Source of the DNA: a virus
Lineage: Duplodnaviria > Caudoviricetes
Length of the DNA stretch: 64,000 bases
Direction: 5' to 3' (one strand)
Virus record (IMG/VR): IMGVR_UViG_3300025838_000022
Coordinates: 1-64,000 of that record
Both the position numbers and the translations under genes were made by a program. Positions within the stretch are counted from its first letter, which is position 1. Every line of letters starts with the position of its first letter. The notes below the pieces were generated by a model. The model had not been told where the DNA came from. It searched no databases and saw only the letters and a program-made list of their open reading frames with translations. This document shows positions 56,535 to 64,000 of this stretch, piece by piece.

Positions 56535-59040
56535 TACAACAGGTGTACTTGCCAGACTGCAGGCAGCATTATCTATCTATGACCCAACATGGGACGTTAG
56601 CCCAGGTAGCGCCACCTACAAGATTCTGGAGTCTGTAGCGCAAGAGATCGCTATAGCCAATAACAATTCGACGCTACAAACATATAGCTACGATATCAAT
56701 ACAAAGTTCGGTGCCGAGCTTGACGCATTCACCAACCTTTTTGGTGTTTATCGCCAGTTGGGTAAAAGAGCTTCTGGCCTTGTAACATTCTCTACCGGTG
56801 GAACCGCTGCGACCTCCATTCTTGACATCCCAGTGGGTACTCAGGTCGCCGTGCCAATTAGCACTGGGTACGTTTCGGCAGTTTACTTCTCAACAACAGC
56901 CCCAGCCATTATTGGTATCGGTGACACTTCTACTGACGTTCCCGTAGTTGCTACAATTCCAGGAATTGTTGGCAACGTACCGGCTAATACCATCACCAGC
57001 ATGACTAGCACCATTGTTGGTGTTACCACGGTAAACAATGCCAATGCTATGACTGGCGGTATTGATCCTGAGTCTGACACAGCTCTTAGAAGCAGATGGC
57101 AAAATACTGCTTTCAACAACACTACGGGTACTTACGGTAAATATAACCTTACCGCTTTGCAGAACCCGAATGTAACTTACGCCAACTCCATTGGGCCAGA
57201 AACGTTTTACTCTGAGCAGTTGCAGATCAATTCAACGCTCGGTGCAACAGCTAGTGGTGGTACAGCAACATTAAACCTCGTTGCATACAGTGGCATGACT
57301 GTCAATAACGTTACCTATAGTGGTGCCACAACAGTGACTGGTATGACCATTAGTGGAACAACCACTCCAGCATTTTTGCAAACAACTTTAAACGCAATGA
57401 TCTCTGGAGTTTATCCATCCATTGTTCTGAATAGCGGTTTTGCTTATACAGTATCAGGCAACAACAATATTCTTAACCTTGGAGCGACAGGGACATTCAC
57501 AATTAGCACAACGCTGCCTAGCCCGTACCGATTGCTTATGGCCGGTAGCGGTGGCACTGCAACAAACAGCGGCATTACTAGTAGTGGTAACTATTACTTT
57601 TACGACTACGTAACTTCAAACAACCCAGACGTTGGTGTATCTGGTACGCTTTCCTACAATGATGGCAACACCGTCTCAGGTTCGCCTTCATTCTCAGGCC
57701 AATATGCTTTCAACGGTTTGTTGTACCCACAAGGGAATGAACTTATTGGTAACAATATTAATGCTTGGAATCAAACAGTTTATTCTAACAATACTGATTA
57801 TTATTACCCAAGTGGTACGTTAACACCACCTTTAACATTAAACATTATTAATGGGACTAACAATACAAACTTGTTTAATGGTAATACAATCCAAGTAATT
57901 TCAGAATACATTCCAGCTGCTAGTAGAACAATTTCCGTTTCTAGTGGTAACTTTGTGGATATTTTTGTTAATGGTACAACAGCTGCCGTTGCTCAATCAC
58001 AATCTGTTTTTAACACCACTTTTACTTTGTCTTCAGGCAACAATGCAAAGTATTTGAACACAAACTACTATATTCTTGCCAGTGGTGCGATTGCGTCTCA
58101 AAACACTGCTACGTCTAACGACATTTATGTGCCACTTGATTTTCAACCAGTTATCAACTTTCCTAGCCAGTTGAGCACAGCAACAAGCGGTGTTGCAGAT
58201 ACTGTATTTCTTTTCAACCCAACGACTGGCAGCGGAGTAACATACCCAATTGCTCTTAATAGATACCCTTACATTTCTTTCAGTGGTACAGTCGCTTCAG
58301 GATCTGCTGCTTCTGGAACAAACTTTATAAACGTAACGAATGCTAATACATTCCTTTATCCAGGACTTGCGCTTGCGAACAATAACTTGATTGTTTCCGG
58401 ATCTCAGTACTACATCAGTAGCGTTTCTAGCAGTGGTATTACATTGAATAAGAACGTAAGCAGCAGTGGAACTAACGTTGTTTTGAGTGGTAAAGCACTG
58501 GTCTATCCAGTTTACGATAACAGCATCAACCAGAATAGTGTATTCGATACAACGGGATTGGCATTTGTGCCTGGTGCAGGACCGTCTGGCTGGCCAACGT
58601 TGCAATCAACAAACGGTTATATTTCTTACACTTATAACTACAATAGCGATGTTGTATCTGTAGAGAATCTTATCCAGCAGAGTAGGCCAATTGGTGTTAA
58701 TACATTGGTGCACATTGCTTCTTTTATCCCCTTGGTGATCAACGCAACGATCGTTGCTGTCAACGGATATAGCTTGAGCACAATTGAATCAAATATTTAC
58801 AATCAGATTAGTTCTTTGTTCGGTAAGTATTCTTACCTAGGAACAATCTCGTTTGCTAACTTAAACACAAACATTTTGAACGTTCCTGGCGTTGCCAACT
58901 CAAAAGTGACAAGCGTCTCTGTTGTTGCTTATGATGGCACGATTATCAACACGTTCACAAAAGACTTTAACCTTGCTAGTAACCAATTGCCACAACTCAG
59001 CTCGATTAATTTTACGGTTAGAGGGGCAAGCAACTTCTAA
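56527..59040 (+). CDS. Baseplate J-like protein
   Basis: IPVGTQV...GNVPANTI...TGGIDPESDTALRSR. Confidence 0.9.
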   Translation: MADTTGVLARLQAALSIYDPTWDVSPGSATYKILESVAQEIAIANNNSTLQTYSYDINTKFGAELDAFTNLFGVYRQLGKRASGLVTFSTGGTAATSILDIPVGTQVAVPISTGYVSAVYFSTTAPAIIGIGDTSTDVPVVATIPGIVGNVPANTITSMTSTIVGVTTVNNANAMTGGIDPESDTALRSRWQNTAFNNTTGTYGKYNLTALQNPNVTYANSIGPETFYSEQLQINSTLGATASGGTATLNLVAYSGMTVNNVTYSGATTVTGMTISGTTTPAFLQTTLNAMISGVYPSIVLNSGFAYTVSGNNNILNLGATGTFTISTTLPSPYRLLMAGSGGTATNSGITSSGNYYFYDYVTSNNPDVGVSGTLSYNDGNTVSGSPSFSGQYAFNGLLYPQGNELIGNNINAWNQTVYSNNTDYYYPSGTLTPPLTLNIINGTNNTNLFNGNTIQVISEYIPAASRTISVSSGNFVDIFVNGTTAAVAQSQSVFNTTFTLSSGNNAKYLNTNYYILASGAIASQNTATSNDIYVPLDFQPVINFPSQLSTATSGVADTVFLFNPTTGSGVTYPIALNRYPYISFSGTVASGSAASGTNFINVTNANTFLYPGLALANNNLIVSGSQYYISSVSSSGITLNKNVSSSGTNVVLSGKALVYPVYDNSINQNSVFDTTGLAFVPGAGPSGWPTLQSTNGYISYTYNYNSDVVSVENLIQQSRPIGVNTLVHIASFIPLVINATIVAVNGYSLSTIESNIYNQISSLFGKYSYLGTISFANLNTNILNVPGVANSKVTSVSVVAYDGTIINTFTKDFNLASNQLPQLSSINFTVRGASNF

Positions 59041-60008
59041 TGGCTGGCAACCTGTTCCCAATTAATCTTCACTCCACCTTTTTACAGAAGGTGTCTAATT
59101 TCCCTGAACAGGTATACAACTTCAATGACGGTGATAATCTCACTACATTAATGAAAATCCTTTTGGGTAACAGTGGGACAGGGCAGTTAAACAACATTCA
59201 ACTTGTAGCAAGACTTAGTCAGCAACAAATTGAATTTAGTAACTTGGACAACATTCTTGGTATTATTCTTGATATCAGCAGATCTTCTTCTGAAATCTAT
59301 AAGTTTTCTACCAACCCATTTATTGACCAACTGTTACAAACTCAATGGCAAGAAGTAATTACTAAGGATGCTAGCTACCGAGAACGCCTCCTTGGTGCCG
59401 CCGAAGCTTTTCAAATTGGTTGTACGCTTTGGGGGATCCTTACCCTGTGTGAAGCATTAACACAAATGAATTTTTACGTTGTAGAATCCTGGAGAACCCC
59501 CGGGTATGGGCGAGCAATCAACAGCCAAAAAGAAATCGTTTTAATCCCACTAGTTGATAACAATAGTTTTTTTACTTGGGATCAATCAAAAGCTTATTTA
59601 ATTCTACAAACAATACAAAAAATTTTATTTTTTGATATGCAAATTAGCTTTGGTACGCCTATTACAACTTTTACTACGTACTCAGGTGCTAATGTAACTG
59701 TTACTACATCAGGCGTCACTGCAGTGCCGAGTGGGTATTGCAATTATTTTTATCTGCAACCAACAGTTAATAGCACACAAATTTCTACGCCAGCAATCAT
59801 TACTCCTGGTGCAAATACACGATACTGGGTGCAAAACAATGCTAACACGCAAGCCCCATGGTTTGCTCACTTGCAAACACAAGAAACATCTATTGATTTA
59901 ACTGGTAATATTATTTCTGCTACTTCATCTGACAATGCACCTAGTGTTAACCAAAGCATTGCTAATTCTTTGATGGAAGTAACATCTACTATGTATGGTG
60001 CACAATAA
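59040..60008 (+). CDS. Baseplate wedge protein (gpI-like)
   Basis: LDNILG...DASYRERL...G-x-T-x-x-GI; follows baseplate J. Confidence 0.7.
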   Translation: MAGNLFPINLHSTFLQKVSNFPEQVYNFNDGDNLTTLMKILLGNSGTGQLNNIQLVARLSQQQIEFSNLDNILGIILDISRSSSEIYKFSTNPFIDQLLQTQWQEVITKDASYRERLLGAAEAFQIGCTLWGILTLCEALTQMNFYVVESWRTPGYGRAINSQKEIVLIPLVDNNSFFTWDQSKAYLILQTIQKILFFDMQISFGTPITTFTTYSGANVTVTTSGVTAVPSGYCNYFYLQPTVNSTQISTPAIITPGANTRYWVQNNANTQAPWFAHLQTQETSIDLTGNIISATSSDNAPSVNQSIANSLMEVTSTMYGAQ

Positions 60009-63000
60009 TGTCTATTATTCCTAACAATACAGATCCATTAAAAGATTATGTAACACCAAATGTTAACCCACCATTAACTATTAATGGTTTAGTTTTTAAT
60101 AAGATCTACGGTTACACCGGCGTTGTTGATGCATTAAACAATACTACTTCATCATATTATAATGATCCAACAGTTAATACTGTAAGCACAAATAATGGTT
60201 TAATTAGTCTAAATAAAAACATTAACACGTATTGGATTTCTAATACTGATTTTGGTGGTAATAATAGTGCACCAGTTGTTTTAACGTATAATCTTGTTAA
60301 TACAATTTACTACAATAATATTTCTTTTGATATTCTTAACGTGCCATGCTACGTAGAACTCTTGGATAATAATGGCAATAATCTACCAGGAGCTTCTACG
60401 TTCACAATTGTTGGTGGCGATGATATTTTTACCAGAGACAACTGGATCAGATTAAACTATGACGCACCTACCAACCCTTATCCGGCAACAGTTTCGGGTA
60501 CTGGTGGCACAAGCACTTTCTCATACCCCTTGACTGGCTTAACAAGTATTAAAGTCAGAATCACCCGAAACAAGCAGGTGCAGACTAGCAGCGCCGCATT
60601 TGGTCTTGCAAATGTAGCATACTCTGTTGGCCTGCAAAACTTTAGAGTAAAACTAAACGTAAAAGGTTTGTCAGATATCCCATCTGCAGTGGTTAGCGGA
60701 ACTCAAAATATTATCACACAAAACGGTTTTGGGTTTGTAGAAAGCTACGCTTACACAGCCAACAACCAAAGCAATATTTTTGTCAACGACTCAACGTATT
60801 GGAAATCTTCACCGCAACCGACTAAAGACTCTGTTGTTTTCTTTTATGCAAAGATCAGCGACCCCACACCAACTGTTGTAAACCGCTTGTACATCGATCC
60901 TATTTACAGTGGTTGTAAGTTTAACGTTTACTATACGACGCAAAGTACATCCAGTGGGACTGTAGACCCTGGAACTTTTACATGGACACCAATCCAAAGA
61001 GATTTTTCTCTGCGCAAAGGTATTTATAAAATTCCTAAAATTTCATGCACGTATTTGAAGTTTGAATTTACCTCTTTGGTGCCAGAAGCTTATGATTTGC
61101 CTTTTGACTCTGTGAATAGAACCATCAATGTTTTCCCATATGATGTTGAGCAGTACTACGACAACCTTGAACAGGATATCGCCAATGCCAACGCGGTGAA
61201 GTACTCAACATATGGGAACGCAAACCTTAGAACGCAACCACAGAACAGCAATCAGCTGAGTGCTTCTACCGTTTTTGGTGTTTCTAACAATACAATTGGG
61301 TCACAGAGTAATTGGCAAAGCCTTAGTCAACTTAATACGACACAACTTGGTAGCTTTACTACAACTAGTTTATCAACTAGTTCTCAAATTTTTGATCCAA
61401 GCATTAGTTACAAATTGTTAGATTCCAATGGCAATTATAACCAAACTTCTTATACGCAATTCTTGCAAAGACGCTTTTACAATACAAGAGTTCATAGCTA
61501 TGCATCTATCAGTATTAATCAAACATGGCACCAGGCTTACTACGTTGGCATTAGATTTTTAAACTTTTTCTATGAGCAACGGTACGATGACCTACAAGCA
61601 ATCCCAGGCCAGTTGATAGCAAAGAATGCTACAACCAGTGGATTTGTTTCTCAGGATGTTAATTACGTCGGTTTGAACCCTGACGATACGGCAACAACAC
61701 CTTGGTTTTCCACAATTGATACTTTTACCAGCTTTAATATCGCTGGACTTACAACTGACTGGAAAAGTTTTATTACACAGGGTGCTCCATTAAGCCAGGA
61801 TCCAACCATCCTAAATGGTCCAGTCAATGGGAATTTATCTACAGCACAAATTGCCAGCATGGTCGTTGGCTACGGAACGACTCCACAGTACGTCGGGAAT
61901 CTTGGCTCGAGCTCAATTTATTCTGTTTCTGGCACTACAAGTGGACAAACGTATGGTATTAAATCAATCGGGTATAACACAACAAATAATTTGCTAAACT
62001 ACTACGATGCAAACTTCTTGTCTACCAATGGTAACTGGTATGGGTTGGCATCAACAAGCGTAACTGGAACGTCGGTCAACTGGACCCAGACAATCAGTGG
62101 AGCAACCTACAGTGGCACCGCAAGCGGCATTACGGTGAGCGGAGGATCATACGTTGCTGCTTACAACTTTACTTTGCCCAATGTTTACAGCCCAAGCGGT
62201 ACAACGCCATGGACTACGCAACTTGGTAGCTCATCGTTGGGTGTTGTTGGATTCGCCAGTTATGTACCAGCAACAGGCATTAATTATTACTTCTTAACTA
62301 ATGTGCAATCTACTGGAACACAAAGTGTAACAATGTACACGCGTTTTATTAACGCTTCTACAAGCGGTGTTATCGCAAACACTACGGTTACTGGTAGCAC
62401 AGTATCCCTGTCCGCTGCATCTGGGTCTACTGTTATTACAGCAACTGGTACAAACTATAACTCAAGCATTCCAAGCAATACAATCCAGGTTGTGTTGAGT
62501 GGCTCTGCTGCTGTTCCGTATCAGGTATACCAAGCTGGTGTTTTTTCGACGCCAACCACTCAATGGATAAGCCCTTCTGACCGCACAAATATGCGTGTTA
62601 GTGGTGTTGCAAGAATGTTCTTGCCAGTAACAAACTATGGAACATACCGAATTAGTTTGTATGCAGTAAACACAACAGGAACAACAGTTGAAATTGCTTA
62701 CAGAGTGTATCAGGGTAATCAACTGCCTTTGAATACTTGGTTTGATATAGAAGTTTTTAGTTACACGACAATTAACTACACAAGTTTTTATGCTCAAGTT
62801 CAGCAAACTAATACAGCTGTCAATGAGCAATTCTATGTTGCAATGTTGGCTCCTTTCTACCACCCTGTTCGTTATGAATACATCACCCAAAGCGGTGCTA
62901 CTAACTGGCAACCCGTTATCTATGGTGTAAACAACCCGAATGTGTTTATCTCGACTGCCTCAGGATTGCCAGCAAGCGGCATTCAGGTACGCATGACAGC

Positions 63001-63232
63001 ATTGGACCCAAATGTCTACATTTCTGGAGTCAGTGTTGTCCCATACTACAAGCAGAACGCTTATTACGCCGGTCTCGATATCAACTACCTTGGAAATGGT
63101 AAGACAAACGAATGGGAATCGCGTGTCAACGTCGCTAATAAACCATACTTCCAGCTAAACAGCAATTATTACCCGACAAAGTTTGCAATCAACAACATTG
63201 CCAGTACGGTGACACCCTACATCCTGCATTGA
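60008..63232 (+). CDS. Large baseplate / tail appendage protein
   Basis: 1074 aa, beta-rich, last gene of the baseplate module. Confidence 0.75.
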   Translation: MSIIPNNTDPLKDYVTPNVNPPLTINGLVFNKIYGYTGVVDALNNTTSSYYNDPTVNTVSTNNGLISLNKNINTYWISNTDFGGNNSAPVVLTYNLVNTIYYNNISFDILNVPCYVELLDNNGNNLPGASTFTIVGGDDIFTRDNWIRLNYDAPTNPYPATVSGTGGTSTFSYPLTGLTSIKVRITRNKQVQTSSAAFGLANVAYSVGLQNFRVKLNVKGLSDIPSAVVSGTQNIITQNGFGFVESYAYTANNQSNIFVNDSTYWKSSPQPTKDSVVFFYAKISDPTPTVVNRLYIDPIYSGCKFNVYYTTQSTSSGTVDPGTFTWTPIQRDFSLRKGIYKIPKISCTYLKFEFTSLVPEAYDLPFDSVNRTINVFPYDVEQYYDNLEQDIANANAVKYSTYGNANLRTQPQNSNQLSASTVFGVSNNTIGSQSNWQSLSQLNTTQLGSFTTTSLSTSSQIFDPSISYKLLDSNGNYNQTSYTQFLQRRFYNTRVHSYASISINQTWHQAYYVGIRFLNFFYEQRYDDLQAIPGQLIAKNATTSGFVSQDVNYVGLNPDDTATTPWFSTIDTFTSFNIAGLTTDWKSFITQGAPLSQDPTILNGPVNGNLSTAQIASMVVGYGTTPQYVGNLGSSSIYSVSGTTSGQTYGIKSIGYNTTNNLLNYYDANFLSTNGNWYGLASTSVTGTSVNWTQTISGATYSGTASGITVSGGSYVAAYNFTLPNVYSPSGTTPWTTQLGSSSLGVVGFASYVPATGINYYFLTNVQSTGTQSVTMYTRFINASTSGVIANTTVTGSTVSLSAASGSTVITATGTNYNSSIPSNTIQVVLSGSAAVPYQVYQAGVFSTPTTQWISPSDRTNMRVSGVARMFLPVTNYGTYRISLYAVNTTGTTVEIAYRVYQGNQLPLNTWFDIEVFSYTTINYTSFYAQVQQTNTAVNEQFYVAMLAPFYHPVRYEYITQSGATNWQPVIYGVNNPNVFISTASGLPASGIQVRMTALDPNVYISGVSVVPYYKQNAYYAGLDINYLGNGKTNEWESRVNVANKPYFQLNSNYYPTKFAINNIASTVTPYILH

Positions 63233-63257
63233 TTTTTAACGAGTTTTGTGCTAGACT
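63229..63257 (+). promoter_or_regulatory. Sigma70-type extended -10 promoter giving a leaderless mRNA
   Basis: TTGATT-17 nt-(TGC)TAGACT; GTG start 7 nt downstream. Confidence 0.55.
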
Positions 63258-63263
63258 TAGCAC

Positions 63264-64000
63264 GTGGCTTCGGACAAAAAAATCTACATACAGAAAAGCA
63301 AGTTGCTCAACGGGGTGTTGAGGTACAGCTCGCTCAATGACGATTTCAAAAAACTATTCCCTCTAGATGGCTACGGAACGCTTAGAAACCGTGACAACAT
63401 CGATCAATTCCACCAGGCTGCTCAGGACAACGGCTATTCGTTAATCTTTGAAGACGACGCTGCTGAGCAAGATTACAACGAACTACGTGAATGTAGCACA
63501 ACCCCATATGAGGTACGTAGCCCGTTCCTGGATGATCACCAGCTTTTCCCATTCCAGCATGTAGGGCTTAATTACGTATGGAAAAGGCTTCACTCAGATA
63601 ACCCACGCGTTTTGGTGCAGTGGGACACTGGTGCCGGTAAGACTTTGCTGAGCTGCTTGACAAGCCAAAAATTATATGATATGAGCGACGTCGATCTCAT
63701 TTTGGTGTTCTGCAAAAAGATCAAGCAGTACGACTGGGAGCAAGAGTTCCGTCGGATGACACACCTTGATGTGACCCGTGTGCCAGAGAAGATGACTCGT
63801 CGCAACCGTCACATGTTCTACAAACAAACCAAGGCCAATGTGCTCGTCCTCAACTACGAGAAGGTTAGGAATGGTAGCCTGACCAGGGTAAAAGGACAGA
63901 GAAAAAAATCTATGTCTTACGACCGCACGGACCTTCTCCAAGTGCTAGAATTAGTTAAAAACAAAAAAGTACTAATCATCATCGATGAAGCACAAAAGAT
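63264..64000 (+). CDS. SNF2-like superfamily 2 helicase (runs off the window)
   Basis: Read manually: LFPFQ (Q motif), WDTGAGKT (Walker A), VLNYE, IIIDEAQK (Walker B). Confidence 0.85.
   Translation, partial: MASDKKIYIQKSKLLNGVLRYSSLNDDFKKLFPLDGYGTLRNRDNIDQFHQAAQDNGYSLIFEDDAAEQDYNELRECSTTPYEVRSPFLDDHQLFPFQHVGLNYVWKRLHSDNPRVLVQWDTGAGKTLLSCLTSQKLYDMSDVDLILVFCKKIKQYDWEQEFRRMTHLDVTRVPEKMTRRNRHMFYKQTKANVLVLNYEKVRNGSLTRVKGQRKKSMSYDRTDLLQVLELVKNKKVLIIIDEAQK

Noticed and set aside
602-63232. Stop-codon reassignment
   Set aside because: Genes tile densely under the standard code, with TAA, TAG and TGA all used as stops and no suppressor tRNA seen

Overview
The window is part of a large dsDNA myovirus genome, with all supported genes on the + strand. 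The capsid, portal and protease architecture resembles Bxz1/cluster C-type actinobacteriophages, and leaderless sigma70-type promoters fit an actinobacterial host; both are recognition or inference, not database results. Order: (1) a structured non-coding left end; (2) about 24 kb of mostly unknown, often Cys-rich genes, including Dps, a metallophosphoesterase, two papain-fold enzymes and a tRNA cluster with an HNH endonuclease; (3) the head module (portal, prohead protease, scaffold, decoration protein, major capsid); (4) fibre, neck, sheath, tube, a -1 frameshifted tail chaperone, tape measure and baseplate; (5) the start of a SNF2-like helicase. Three observations stand out. First, two 'tRNA-inside-tRNA' loci, where a tRNA gene is broken by an insert carrying a divergent replacement tRNA of apparently the same amino-acid identity; one insert also carries an HNH gene whose last codons are the 5' end of the replacement tRNA. 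Second, a shared [FW]-[NS]-x(0-4)-[KR]-x-A leader or [KR]-x-A motif in roughly 20 head-region proteins, a candidate capsid-targeting and protease-cleavage code. Third, a pervasive x-x-Ser-Gly motif in exterior virion proteins, a candidate glycosylation sequon.
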